A DNA stretch of 64,000 bases, taken from Sphyrna mokarran (taxonomy: Eukaryota). Shown in pieces: positions 13,954 through 27,612 of this stretch. Both the position numbers and the translations under genes were made by a program. The number at the start of each line of letters is the position of its first letter. Position 1 is the stretch's first letter. The notes beneath the pieces were generated by a model. It searched no databases. It saw only the letters and a list, made by a program, of their open reading frames with translations, and was not told the origin of the DNA. The stretch covers positions 103,788,001 to 103,852,000 of the forward strand of contig JAGIQG010000003.1 in NCBI GenBank assembly GCA_024679065.1, given 5' to 3'.

Positions 13954-14519
13954 GTACAGTTCTTGCGTCATGACCATGTCAGGCTTTCCTCTCCAATTAA
14001 GTGATTTCTAACAAACTATTTTTGCCTTAGCAATCATACTGTACAGAACTATTGTCTCTAAATTCAATTTTCTCCTCAATCAGATTGTACCAAAAGGGCA
14101 TTTCTCAAGATATGCAGCCACCTCCCAACTATATACTCCACAGTGAAATTTAGAATAGAATTTTTAAAATGCAGTGATTCAGGGTGGAAGTATTCCACTG
14201 AACTGTAACCATTCTCATCTCAGCTTTTAAGTTTTCCAACAATTCGTTTTCTTCTGCTGGTCCATGCTTCCAACAGACTCTGCCCAATATCACTAGAGAC
14301 CACCAAGTATACCTTCCACGGATAAGAGAGATTAACCTACAATGCTTGCAGTTCACAGCACATCTTACCCAAGGTGTTCAACATTGAGATGAAGTTCCTA
14401 GAAATTTCATGCAGCATTTACTTTTTCACTTGGTTTGAAAATATTAAACACCTTCCTTTAATTGCAGCAATTAAAATAAGCACTTGATTTTTATCAAAGC
14501 TAATCCACCAAATCATTAC

Positions 14520-15060
14520 AGGTTTGTTACATTGTAGAAAGTGGCCATTTGGCCTATTGTGTTGGCATCGGCTCCAATCAGCAATTCACTTTGTGCCATT
14601 CTCCTACCTTCTCTCTGTTATCCTGCATGTTTCTCCTTTTCAGATAACAGTCTAATTACTTTTTGAATTAATCAATTCTGCCTCCTTCCTCCACACTCTC
14701 GGGCAGTGCATTCCAAACCTTAACCACTTGCTACGATTTTTCTCATATTGCTTTTGCTTCATTTGCTAATGACTTTAAACCTGTTCCCTTTTTGCTGTCT
14801 CATTCTTAATCCTTTCATGCATGGGAAAAGTTTCTCCTTATCTGTTCTGTTCAAACTCTACATAATTTAGACTACCACTATCAAATCTCCTCTCCATCTT
14901 CAATTCTCCAAGGAAAACAGTTCCCATTTCTCCAATCCATTTTGACAATGAAGTTCCTCTGTTCAAGATCTACTTTTGTGAATCTTTTTCTGCAGTCCCT
15001 CCAATGCCTTCACATTCTTCCTAAAATGGGGCGACCACAATTGGACACAATATTTCAGCG
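14520..15060 (-). mobile_element. CR1 LINE 3' fragment
   Basis: GGCAGTGCATTCCAAAC (VWNALP on the minus strand) and TTCTCCAAGGAAAACAG. Confidence 0.75.
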
Positions 15061-15321
15061 GCCAGCTCTTCTGATGCATTTAGTCAAATTGTAGAATGGT
15101 GATTTAGCAAATAGTTATTGGCATTATCTTGAGTAGTTCTAAAACAATTTTGCTTTTAGGGCAGTGTAGAACAATGATTATATTGTGGAAAATTATTGCA
15201 GTGAATGGTAATTTTTTCATTCTCAGAGTGTAGTGATGTTTCTGAGTTTACAAGCATCCCTGTACAGCTACACATATTAGGTATTGGATTTTGAATGCAG
15301 CTGTTATCGAAGAACATCACT

Positions 15322-15918
15322 TTTTTATTCATTGATGGGATCTGGGTGTCCTTGGCTGGACTAGCATTTATTGCCCATCCCTAATTGCCCTCAAATTGAG
15401 TAGCTTGCTCGACCGTTTTGATTTGATTTATTATTGTCACGTGTTTTAGTATACAGTGAAAAGCATTGCTTTTTGCATGCTTGACAAACAAAGCATACTT
15501 ACTTAGAGAAGGAAAGGAGACAGTGCAGAATGTAGTGTTTCATTTATAGCCAGGGTGTAGAGAAAGATCAGTTTAATGTGTGGTAGATCCATTCAGAAGT
15601 TTGATGACAGCAGGAAATAAGCTGTTCTTGAAGTCATCTATTTCGGAAGGCATTTAAGAGTTAACCCATTGCTGTGGATCTGGAATCACGTGTAGGCCAG
15701 ACCAGGTAAGGAAGGCAGATGGCACATTAGTGAAACTGATGAGTTTAATGCTATTGATAGCTTCATGGTCATCATTAGTCTTCTAACTTCAGATTTTTTG
15801 TTAAATTCAAATTTCACCATCTGCCATGGTGGAATTCGAACTGGATCCCCAGAGCATTAGAACCCCAGGTCTCTGGATTAGTAGTCCAGTGACAATACCA
15901 CTATGCCACTGCCTCCCC
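15322..15918 (-). mobile_element. tRNA-derived SINE, second family, antisense, interrupted by a LINE tail
   Basis: Reverse complement of the 3476-3850 family (GCATTTATTGCCCATCCCTAA; GTAGGCCAGACCAGGTAAGG; CCATCTGCCATGGTGG). Confidence 0.75.
15421..15633 (-). mobile_element. 3' end of a Rex1/Babar-like LINE nested in the SINE
   Basis: ATTTGATTTATTATTGTCAC..ATACAGTGAAAAG tail and AAGCTGTTCTTGAA (FKNS on the minus strand, typical of the ORF end). Confidence 0.6.
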
Positions 15919-16134
15919 CTAATTTTTCTACTATATACTGTATGGAAACTGAACTCTCATGTCTGGAACCATTCCATTTTCTTACATGCTGATTCAGTAT
16001 CCATAAACATCAGTTTGTGCTTTTTTCAGTGCAGGTATACATAAATCTAGCCACAAATATCCTCTCAAAAATGGTCCAAGAATGATCCAGGAATCAGTGA
16101 CCTTCTGGTCTAGGTATTGACTGCTGAAAAATGA

Positions 16135-16240
16135 GATTCAGTTTAACGTCTCACCCAAAAGGCAGCACCCCCGATGGTGCAATACTTCTTCAGAAGAGTC
16201 TGCAGAGATTATGTGCTCAAGTCTCCGGAATGGGCTTGAA
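16135..16240 (-). mobile_element. DeuSINE (SacSINE1/AmnSINE1-like) 5' fragment
   Basis: Reverse complement of TTCAAGCCCATTCCGGAGACTTGAGCACATAATC..GAGACGTTAAAC. Confidence 0.55.
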
Positions 16241-17159
16241 ATAGAAATACAGCTGTCATAAATCATTAAAGTAGCTAAACTGTTCAATCATTATATACTA
16301 TGTTTTAAAATGCTTCCTAATATATCTCACAGACAGCCTGCCAGCTAAACTCACCTCTTTTCCCAAGTTCTCAAAGCAGAATGTCTACATAGGCCTCAAC
16401 TTTATCTGAGCAGACCAAGTGTCCCATCGAACTTCATCTTTTTGTCCTTAGTCCAAACTCACTGTCATGGTCCCCTGCTGCTGTTGCCGCTTCATACTTT
16501 GCTATCTAGATCTAATCCCTATACCCCGCAGGTCTCGAGTCGGTGTGCTGGTATTGATCAAACTCATTTTTCTACAATTTCTTTGGTATTTAGAATTGAA
16601 TAAAAATCTCTGTGGTTTATTTTGATATTCTATGCCAGCCTAAACATAAAAATATTTGGTAAGGAAGAAAAAGCACAGGTTATTTTCTGGTAATGTAATG
16701 GGTCGGTCAAAGAGATGACAGCTAGCATTATTTTTTTTCTCTATTAATGGCACTATATGCCAAAACAACTTGACTTGCAGTGATCAAACTCCAACAACAG
16801 CAGTAATATTTAATGTTGATAGCTATTACTATCTTTCATAACTTGGCCAAAGTCCCTAGGACTCAATATTTTCAAGTCCCAATGGATGTGATGATACTTT
16901 GCAGAAAGTTCCTCATATCGACTGATTTGAAAACCATTAATCTAGGCTTGGGTTTATGCTGCTTTGGCATATAGTGCAGCTAATAGACTATTAGAACTGA
17001 AATAGAAAAAATATATTATCTATCATATTGGAGAGATTTGTGTTCAATCTCAAATACTAGTATCCAATGCTATTTTGTATCAGCAAATGTGTTAGAATCT
17101 CTCAGTATTTGACACTTCATTATTAATTGCCAGCAATTAACTTCATATTGATGGTAGTA

Positions 17160-17670
17160 CATGCTATGTTTGCTTTCATTGTTGGAATATAAGAGCAAAG
17201 AGTTCTTGTGACACTTATATAAGGTCTGGATGAGACTACACCTAGACTACCTGTGTATAGATTTGGTTTCCCTACCTTAGAGGGAGTGCAATCAAGATTC
17301 ACTGGATGGATTTCTGGAATGAGGAGGTTGTTCTATGAGGGAAGATTAGGGCTAAACCTCCTACCATTTGGAAGAATGAGAGGTGATTTCAATGAAACAG
17401 ATAAAATTCATAAGGCGTGGAACAGAGCACAGACTGGAAGGATATGTGTCTGAAAATAGATGTCGCGAAGTCAGAATAAGACACTTATCAGTTAAGACTC
17501 AGATTGATGTTAGTGCTGAGTTATTTAAAATGATACATGTAAGAAAGAGGTCAATAGATTATTGAATACTAAGGAATTCATGTGGTATGTGAATAGTAGG
17601 GGAAAGTGGAGTTTGAGGTAGATGGTGTTGAATAATAGAGCAGGCTCAAAGAATTGAATAGCCTATACTA
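17160..17670 (+). mobile_element. CR1 LINE 3' fragment
   Basis: LEGVQSRFTG and RMRGD remnants in ORF 17253..17453. Confidence 0.8.
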
Positions 17671-18590
17671 CTACTTACCTAGCTCATCTGAGTATTTTCT
17701 GGACCACTGATTTAAACTACAGGTTCTGCCCCTCATGCCCTTTGTGAATTAGATCAGAATCTATTTGTCAAAAGAATATAAATTCGGAGAGAACATAAGC
17801 CTTTAGAGCTGATTAAATTGTTGGGAAATTTTAATGTAGATTGCATTCTAGAACTCAGCTGGTTATGCATTTGTCCAGTCGTCAGATTTGGAGGGTAAAG
17901 CTACCACACAGAAGTTTCAAAGTAAATGAGTGATTGAGTTAAAGTGTGCAAGTTAACTTTTAATGAAACGCAACCATTTTTTCTGTGACAGAGATTCCTC
18001 AATGGTGGAATTCCTTCTGCTATGAGGGTTAATGATCGTGGAAGTTCAACTTATCTCCATGCAAAACAAGGAGATTCTCTAATTTCTCCTCTACATCTCA
18101 TATGGAGGCCTATATTTTTAATGTACCTTTTAAGTGAACATCTCAGCATATTCAGTATCTGTGGCTAGTTAACACAGGAAAAATGATGCATGAGAAAATT
18201 AAACCATCCGTCCCTTCAGAACTCACTTCTCCACAACATCATGACATCTTAATATTTTTTGAGTAAGCCCAAATGCTTTTGCCATTTTATTATTTAATTG
18301 GATTGTGTCATATCTGTCAGTCAAATTATTTGCAGTATTTTTTGCTCTTATATTTTCTTACTTTTCATATCTCTCTTCAGATACAAGCAAATGGTTGTTA
18401 GATAGAATATTCATAAGGTAGGAAAATTGTACATGAGAAAGAGGAAAGAAATGTACTTTTATACTAAAAGTACTGTTCTGTACACACGTAATACTTCCCC
18501 TTCCTCCCTGTCTATTTTTTTTATTGTTAAGTAACAAGTGCAGATATTAATTAAACCTTTTCTGGAGGAGTTTGTAGCCTCCCGTACTTA

Positions 18591-19287
18591 GGGTGGAAAT
18601 TCATATCTTCCCTCTGGAAGCTTTAGTGGCAGGGAGGGCACTTCGTCAGACAAGAGAATGGCATGCGGGGACCCCGCCATCTTCCTGCCTGCCCTATTAA
18701 ATGCGTGATGAGATGATCTGTAGATGTCCTTCCAGCCAACTGCCAAGTGAGACATTAAATGCCCACTTAAGGGTCATATCCTGACGTTGTTGATATTAAC
18801 CCACTGAGGTCTTTCCATGCAGAGAGCATGACAAGGAAATATTCAGGATTGTCTGCAAGCTCCCGGAGAGGGTTCTTCTTTATCTGATCGAGAGTCCCGG
18901 CATAGTTAGTGGGGGGATGCGGGGGACACCAGGGCTATTCACCTGCCTTTACTGCTGATCTCTCCCCAGCCTCCTCCCCCACTACCTCTCTCCTGCCACT
19001 GCTGATATTAACTTACCTGTGCCCTGGCATCCAGCATCAATCTTTGGCTTCAGGTGGATAAATTACTGGCAGCAGCCACAGCCTTGCATACTGTAAAGCT
19101 GCTGGCCAATCAGTGGCTAACAGCTCTTGGCATATGGGACTTCACTTCCCAGAATCCTTGATCCTGTGGAAGGCCTACTGCTGTCCAGTTAAATGCCCGA
19201 GTAGCACTTAATTCAGCAGCTCTTATATCTATAAGACGTAATGTGAGGCTGTCATCAGCGCTCCATCTGGTAGGTAAAATTCTATTG
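18591..19287. mobile_element. Putative non-autonomous DNA transposon (MITE-like)
   Basis: GC-rich island with imperfect terminal inverted motifs GGGTGGAAATT and GTAAAATTCTA. Confidence 0.45.
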
Positions 19288-19419
19288 TCTCCATTAAACA
19301 GTGTGTAATACATACAATAGTGAGCTGAAGCATCAAATTAATGATGGTCACAAACTTAAATGCATAATATGACACCTCAGGTTACTTCTAGAAACCAAAA
19401 ACCAGGTATTGTGTCTTTA

Positions 19420-19710
19420 TCATATTTAGAGAATGCAAAATAGGAGCAGACAACAAATTGTGTTATGGAAGATGAGACCAAAGGCTCACGAGATCAAGGT
19501 TCCTCATATCTCAATTTCTTGCTAACAACTGGCATGAAGTTGCTGGAATTTTTTGCAGCACTGTGGTTTGCTCTTGAGCTACTGATACATGGGTTCCAGT
19601 ACTTCAGGAGAATCTTTTCTCTTATTTCATACAGAGTATGTCAACTTCATAATAGCCACCAGATGAGTTTTGTTGAGCACTAATATAAATAGGAAAGAAT
19701 TGATTAAAGT
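19420..19710 (+). repeat. Unclassified dispersed repeat, copy 1
   Basis: Shares TATTTAGAGAATGCAAAATAGGAGCAGACAACAAA, GGAATTTTTTGCAGCACTGTGGT and CAGGAGAATCTTTTC with 46060-46355. Confidence 0.85.
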
Positions 19711-19794
19711 GTCTTATGTTAACAGCTCATCAACTAGTCATGATGATTGTATCAATTGAAGATTAAGCAATTAAATTTAGAATTTAAACAATTT

Positions 19795-20057
19795 CCAGCT
19801 TTAGGAGGGCAGATAACCAGAAGGTGCAGATTTAAAATAATTGGCCAAGGTGGAGTTTAGGAGAATTTTTTTAACATGCTGAATCATTATAACCTGGAAA
19901 GGGTGGTAAAAAATTCAATAGTAACGTACACAAAGGATATGTACTTGATCAGGAAGAAGTTGCAGGACTATGAAGAAAGAACAGGGAGTAGGACTAATTT
20001 TAAGGGATTGACACAGCATGGTGGTCGGAATGGCTTTTGAGCAGTAAGATTTTATGA
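19795..20057 (+). mobile_element. CR1 LINE 3' end, degraded
   Basis: ACCAGAAGGTGCAGATTTAAAATAATTGG and a GGTCGGAATGGC tail. Confidence 0.6.
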
Positions 20058-20235
20058 TGTAATTATATTTTATACATTCATAATGGTCAATCATCTTATT
20101 GTGTATAAAGTGACTATTGCATTTACCTGCAGTCTCTGCAGTACAGAAATAGTTAATTATGTATGAAAGATGTTAATGTCTGTGATCAGGTATTTATCAA
20201 AATAAGGCTTTTCCTGCCTCATTTATGATGTGACC

Positions 20236-20545
20236 AGGGTGGTATGGGAGCACAGAGGTTAGCACCACTGCCTTACAGCACTAGTTCGCTGTCAGAGTGG
20301 TTTCCCGGTGTCTGCATGCATTTCCTCCGGGTGCTTTGGTTTCCTCCCACAGTCCAAAGATGTGCAGGTTAGGTTGATTGGCCATGCTAAGTTGCCCCTT
20401 AGTGTCCCAACATGTGGTTTAGGAGATTAGCAGAATAAATATATGCGACTATGGGGTTAGGGCCTGGGTGAGTCACTCTGTTGGAGAGTCGGTGCATTCT
20501 TGATGGGCCAAATGGCCTCTTGCTGCACTGAAGAGATTCTATTCT
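20236..20545 (+). mobile_element. HE1-type V-SINE with CR1-type tail
   Basis: V-domain TTTCCTCCGGGTGCTTTGGTTTCCTCCCACAGTCCAAAGATGTGCAGGTTAGG and GATGGGCCAAATGGCCT tail. Confidence 0.85.
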
Positions 20546-21853
20546 GAAATAGTAATTAGACTACAAATTATTTGTTGCCAATGGATTCCAGTTTCACATT
20601 TTATTGGTGTCACACGCAGCAAGACCCTGTTGAGTTATTTTATTGTTGGTTAAATGTTACATGGTGTGGCAATGAAAAGTGCAGTGCCAGGAGCTCTTTC
20701 ATCTAAGATGAGTGTTTCAATTGGTACCCCGATCTTTAGGCGAGGAATTGTGAAGCTAAACTTTCTGCCATTGATTGTTGTCAAGCTGACTTGTGCGTCC
20801 AAGCTTGCAAAAGCAGGATGGGGATCGAATGCAATGGCATCTCATTTTTTTTTTTAAATTTAAATCTCAAGAAATGAACCCTTAAGTGAGCTACCACGGA
20901 GCTCTGGTGAAATTATATTACAGCAAGGCTTGCTATCTCCAGGGTGAGGAAAGGGAAATGAAACCGGTTTTGATGGCCAAATCACAAATGCAGTTGTGAA
21001 ATGTTGAGAATGAAGCCATTTGGCCAGGTGCATTATAAGTGGTTAGTATCAGTGTTTTTGATGCCAACACTAACAGATGGGGAACTCTGCTGGAGACCGC
21101 AACTCTCATGCTGCCATCACTTTGAGTCTTTATCTGCCTTGACATTTGTCTAGTGGATGCCATAAATGTGTTAATTTTATCTTAAATGGTTTAATATTTT
21201 GTCTGCTGAGTTTGAAGTATTTCAGTTTGACCCAGGGTATGCTGAATTCTAATACTGATAACTAATCAGTTACTGGGGTGGAAAAGATCAAACAAACAGA
21301 AATCTATAAAATGATGCATCTTGCCAGCACAGTCAAAAAATAGTGTACCAACATTTAAGTAAACGGTGCTGGTTGATATCTGCTATTTTAATGACATTCA
21401 GTGTGATGTGTACCTACAGCAAACTGGTTAGATAGCAGATAAATATTGTTTAAATGTATCTTATAAATTCTGGTCTTATTTAGTTTTTTGAGGGGAGTGA
21501 ACTTGACCTCAACTCAGCAAAAACTGCAAGCCATTCCTGGAGTCAATGTCCAGGGTGCTACATTTGACCTTGGACAGAGAGGAGACTCAGTTGTGATTCA
21601 CACTCAAAATTGGAGTGTGGTAGCCTTGCTGAAAACTTGTGGGAATAGATGTATTGTGAATAGGTTTGGGCCAGCTGTCTACACGTCAAGAAGGCAGCTA
21701 ATAAAGCAAGCATTATTACTTGCTGCCGGTATTCCAGTATCAGGGGAGGCAGGGTGACAATTTATGGGGATCGTGTCTTGGAACAATAAATAAGAAATAT
21801 TCTTCACAGCATTTCATATTTTCTCTTGACTAGAACTTGGAAGGAGGAGAGAA

Positions 21854-22150
21854 GGGGCAGCGTGGTAGTTGCAATGGTTAGCACTGCTGCCTCACAGTGC
21901 CAGAGTTTGATTCCAGCCTTGGGTCACTGTCTGTGTGGAATCTGCACGTTCTCCCTACGTGGGCTTCTTCCAGATGCACTGGTTTCCTCCCACAATCCAG
22001 AGATGTGTGAGTTAAGTTGATTGGCTGTGCAAAATTGACCCTCATGTCAGGGGAATTGGTAGGATAACAGGAATGGGCCTGGATGGGATTGTAGCCAGTG
22101 CAGACTCGATGGGCTAAATGGTCTCCTTCTGTACTGTTGATTTCTATGCT
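21854..22150 (+). mobile_element. HE1-type V-SINE with CR1-type tail
   Basis: GGTTAGCACTGCTGCCTCACAG head, V-domain, GCAGACTCGATGGGCTAAATGG tail. Confidence 0.85.
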
Positions 22151-23688
22151 TCAATGAGTACGGGTAAGGAATAGAAAGAGGAAATTGGCAGACAAATGAG
22201 CAGAGCTTCCTCACACACTAGTTGGCACCCAACTCAAGCATTGATAGAGGTCTAGCATCATGATCTGTATTGTTGGGAATAGTACAAAGTATATGATTTG
22301 AGGGAGGGGTATGGAGATTAAAAAAAACTAAACATGTTACTTTTGGTACTCTTTCATCAGTCTCTTAATTTGCCCCATCAGACAAAATACATCCATGGAC
22401 AGCAGTAGGATAGAAATGATTTATGGACTTTACATGGATTGTCAAATACCTATAACTAAATAACATTTTAAATCAGGCTTCCAGCTGTTCCAATCATCTT
22501 TTAATAGCACAGATAAATTATATTTAGTACATGTGTCTGAGTGATGCTGTGAACTACATACTGGTACAATTAAACATGGTAATGACTCGATCTCTGGAAG
22601 TTCCGAGCATTCGCATCAAGTGGAAACCTGTCAAGCTCTGTATCTGGAATCTTCTTTTGGTTTTTGGCAATGCCTGAAGTGAGTTAGAGAAAGCTTTTAA
22701 CAGTATGTGTGCTGACATAAGAGCAAAGGCTTTTTATAATAACAATCTCTTTATGTTTTTAGATTTTTGTAAAATGAGAAGGAGGATGCATGCTCACAAT
22801 AATCCAAATGATCTAAAAAAAACAAAGGTTTTGACTGATAAATTCTAGCCTGAGCACCATTTGATTTTGATGATCTTCTCTGTATTTTGAGAAGCATCTA
22901 TAATGCTGAGCTGGTTGCTGGTTGGAGATTCCATGTCAGAGTCACAGGGGACCAGAGAAAGCTGCATCTCTCGCAGCCTGATCTTAAAATACTGTCGGAT
23001 AAGCATTGTGCTGGGAGGATTGCACGATTTCTCCTTGAACATTGCTTGTTTTGGAGGCAACTTAAGGAAATGAGTACAAGTGCATATTGATCAATATAAA
23101 TTCTTTTTTTGTGAACATTCATTGTTTTGTGTTTGATGTGACTAAAGGAGTCAAAAGGTTAGAAAAATGCAAAACTTTCGTCTATTAGAGCAACTCTGTC
23201 ACATTTCTGCCATTACATAATATAAATTCACTATACGGTGATGATATTTATATCCATAAGCCTGCTTGCACAATTTTATGAATGAAAAATGGTCAGAAGT
23301 TGTTTAAGTTGGTGAGGAATTTGAATTCCAACTGTTTGAATGGGGAATTTAAGATTCCTTTTGTTTTATTTTGTTCCCATTTATCAGAGCTGTAAGAAAG
23401 CATTTTGCTTTTGCTGCAGAATTTAGTTTCCTAGGTCATGCAAGCTACTTTAGACTGTCAGCCTTGGGGCTGCTGATTCACGAGTCAGCATAACTGATGT
23501 ACCTAGGATTCATTGTGCCATAATCTGATCTGATCAGACTCTGAACACGACGGCTGACACAGAACTTATCATGGTTCAAGAGCTATGTGCTCGCCACACA
23601 GATTTAAAGGATTTGCTGTATTTGATTTTTGAAGGTTGTGTTATTGCAGTGATCCTGAATGCCTATTCTTATTTTTGCTATTTCACAG

Positions 23689-23717
23689 GGCTGCCTCCGA
23701 AGAAAAGCCCAAAGTCG
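23689..23717 (+). CDS. MAGI1: MAGI1 29-nt small exon (GLPPKKSPKS)
   Basis: Acceptor tatttcacag|, donor |gtaagt; phase 1 to 0, needed to join the neighbouring exons; mammalian counterpart recalled as GLPVPKKSPKS. Confidence 0.93.
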
Positions 23718-24549
23718 GTAAGTGTAACAGAAAGCGTGTTGTCTCTCCTTATAGGTTTAAGGATGTGATTGCAGTCTGTGTAATGTATTGCTCTCCCTAA
23801 TTCATTCCTCTGATGGTGAAGTTTAGCTGCACCTTACTGAGCTATGTGCCGTTGTTTATGAACGGGCCACCTCTGTTTGGCTGAAATGGCCGATCAGACT
23901 GCACTGTAGAGTAGGACGACGTGAAAGCAAAGACTGACGCACAACAAACCTTGTGTTTTCTCATCCTGAGTTTGTGTGTTTTCCCCTCTTGACCATGAAG
24001 AAAATTCCCAAAATAGATAATTAATGCACTTGTAATGGTTGCAAGGCAACGCTGATTAAAGTCACATTTAAGTAACTTCAGGCCCACTCCGTTGTCAGAT
24101 TGTATTAGGCCTGTGAGGAGGAAACGTGGTTGCATTCACTATCAAATCATAGAAATGTCAGCCTTCATGTGCCTCTTTGTCAGTTTCAAATAAATTTCCC
24201 CTTTGGCAGAATATATCTGTGTGCATGGAATATGTTCACTTGCAGTGTGTTTTGTAATTTTTATTTTATGGATACTGAAGCTTTCTGTTTGAAGAAAACA
24301 AGCTCCTCTTATGCATTTTTGAGCCTGATGTAAAAATCCAATATTTGTTCTGCAGTAGTTCGGAATATCTGAAGGTGCTCTAATAAACAGAATTCTCATC
24401 GCTGCCCGTTCACTGATGGGCTGTTCAGCATACCCAGCTGCAGTAAGCAACTGAACTTTGAGGAGTGACTTTTTTTTCAAAATGGGAGCATTGTATTGAT
24501 CACAAGCACTCACTGAAAAGCTGGAGTGACCTTCTGTTCTCTTGAATAA

Positions 24550-24825
<276 letters not shown>

Positions 24826-27612
24826 TAGTAAATATACAAAATAAAGGTTGATGCTTTGCCATCTTAAAAACGTACCTCACAATTCAGTATTAGTTTTTAT
24901 TTGAGTCAGTGGCATAACTAGAAGTCACAATGTTGACACTGTTGCAAGCTATTACTAAACATTAAAAAAAGTCTCTCTGCACCTCAGCAATGAACTATTC
25001 AGTATTTTCATGATGATCTTTTACTCAAAGAGATAATCATTTTACCCTGTGAGGTAAACAGAAATGGACTCTACGGATAACATTGCCACTGTTATGATGG
25101 TCCAATATATAAGTTTCCTGTGACATTGCCTTTAACACAAAAGCTTTAGTTGCAACTATTTCAGTGGCCATAGTTATTCTGTCAAAATGCAGTTGAAAAA
25201 AATTGAGGGCTGTAAGATAAAGCCATTTCATAGTTGCTGGTTGTGACAGATCAGTACCGGCAAGAATAGCTCCCATTTTCAATCTTGCCTCAATTTAAAA
25301 ACAGACAGCAACTCCCTTCAGTTTTAGCTACCTGCATTAACAGTTTGGGGAAAAATGTTGGAAACAGATCGATGGCGGTAGGATAGAGACAGGCATGCAA
25401 ATTATAATAGCAGATTGTAAGCAGGATATTATGACAAATTAATTCAATACAATTTGTATATGATTCACAATGTGGGGTACAAGTCGTATTGTAAACAATT
25501 GCCCTACATAATGTATTAGCATGACAGTTTTGTTAAACGGTTTCTACTTTCAACTGCATCTAGTCTTTGAAGCTGTCTTGCACTATTTTCTTGCCATATA
25601 AATGCAGCAGCTCATAACATAAAGAGAGAATTGCATCAGATTTATAGCACAAAATCAGGCTATATAGCCCAACTGCTCTATGCCGGTGTTTTATGCTTCA
25701 CTCAAGACTCCTCCCAATCTATATCATCGAAACCGATAAGTATATTCTTTTAAAATGCAGCAGTGTTTTGTCGAATGCAATATTTTTGTAACGTGAACCC
25801 CAGTGTCACAATGTTCATGATATGATCACTTGCACACTATTAAACAAATCCTTGCACAAATGATTAATTCCTGACCTCTCTTCGTACAGCCTCCATTTAT
25901 AGATTTAAAAACAATTTTTTAATCCTGATTGCGGTACTTTCTGCTAGATGCAGCTAAATGAGCAGGAAATCACTGATGGGATATTAGCATCCTTTCACCT
26001 CAAACAGCTGTGCAGGAGCAACTTGAGGATTTTCCTGTGGTGGGTGACATTTCATGGTGCAATGCACTAGTGTTCTGACACAGCCATAACATCTAGAGAC
26101 AGTTATTGATATTACAGTGTTATTAGCTTTTTAATTTTTACACTCTAATCTATTAATGTCACAAAAGACTCAAGTACATTAGGTGCACATTTCAGGAATT
26201 CAGAAGCTAAGTTTAATGTGCTGAGAGGGTCAGACTTTTATGGGGCAGTAGTGGATGAGACTCTGGGGTTGATTTAACTTGACTGGGAATCTCAATATCA
26301 TCATGCAATCCATGGAGATCCAGTCAATATTCACATTGCTGTGAATATTTCTCTGGTTTTTAACTCTTTCTCTTTTTACTGCTGCAAAGCAGGGCTTTTG
26401 TACATTTCTTGTAATTGTTTGAGGTACAGATGGAGTAATTGGGAATCTGCTGAGAGAACAGCAGCAAACTGGAGCTCGCAGGAGAATCATTTACTGTAGA
26501 AAAAAATCCAATAATCTGTCCAGTAATATGCAAGTGGTAACAGTATCCTAAATAATGGCTGTGCACTTGTCGCCAAAATAAAATTGTATATTTAAACTGA
26601 TTATATTTTAATCATTATAGCACTGGTAATGGAAAATAGCTCATTATAAATCCAAGACATACAACTCCTATACTACAAGATGTAACAATGATAATTGAGA
26701 CAGAGATATAATAAATGCATTTGGATTGTTGTGTTATTAGTTGCTCCAGTTAAGATATTAGCTCCCAGAAAGGTACTACTGACGGTTTCATTTGGCAAAT
26801 GATTTGTAACCCTGCTGCCCAGATCATTTCCTGCAGGGAAGCTTTGAGCAAATCACAAATGTGAATGAACTTCATAATGGTCAGTGAGACCACAGAAAAA
26901 TAATCATTTACATTCAGTAGTCATAGTAAGGCTGAGGAGAAACACAACCAGGTAAGTAAACCAAAGGCTCACAATGGATGGCAAAATAGCAAGATTCTTC
27001 ATGGGCAAGTTGTGGAAGTTTACCATTTATATTGGGAATCTTAAGTATAACATGTGACTATTTCCCTTACTGTTTGTGTTTTAAAGGAAAATCTGGTTTT
27101 GTATTTAGATTCTTCTTGTTCTCTGATTCTTTACTGTTTCTGCTTCCATTGAGAATTTTTTTTTCTTCTTGGACTGTCGTTATTTTTTTCCTGTTGATTT
27201 GTATTTTTTTCTTGCTTTTCCTTGTTCCTATTTTAAACATAATTCTCTTGTACTTGCCTTTTTGTACTTTTTTCCAATATTTCACAATATATCACATATT
27301 TCATGACATCACATAGGAAATTGGTATTTGTAGGCTACAGTTATTATCTCAGGAACTTCCTTCCATGAAAGTTGTTAACTCATTTTACCTGTAATGACGG
27401 CAGAACCTGATAGCAATGAAGGAAAAAAAAACGCAAGAGATTTTGAGGAAGGTGACAGGAAACAAATCGTACAGGAGGGAGGCAGTGACTTATACAGGGG
27501 TTGGAAATCTTCTGGCTGTCAGACTGTTCAACATTAGGAGACATCACAGCCAGCCCAATTCTGTCTTTGTCCAACATTCACATATAGAACCAGAGATCTG
27601 TGGATAATAGTT

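Noticed and set aside
25328-25377. ttttag|CTACCTGC...GCG|GTAGGA as an alpha exon
   Set aside because: Donor phase (0) is incompatible with the downstream exon (phase 1).
26880-26957. Perfect donor CAG|GTAAGT near 26951 as the end of an alpha exon
   Set aside because: The required phase-1 frame has a TGA six codons upstream, and there is no compatible acceptor.
27032-27316. Hydrophobic 94-aa ORF resembling a membrane protein
   Set aside because: Translation of T-rich low-complexity intron sequence.
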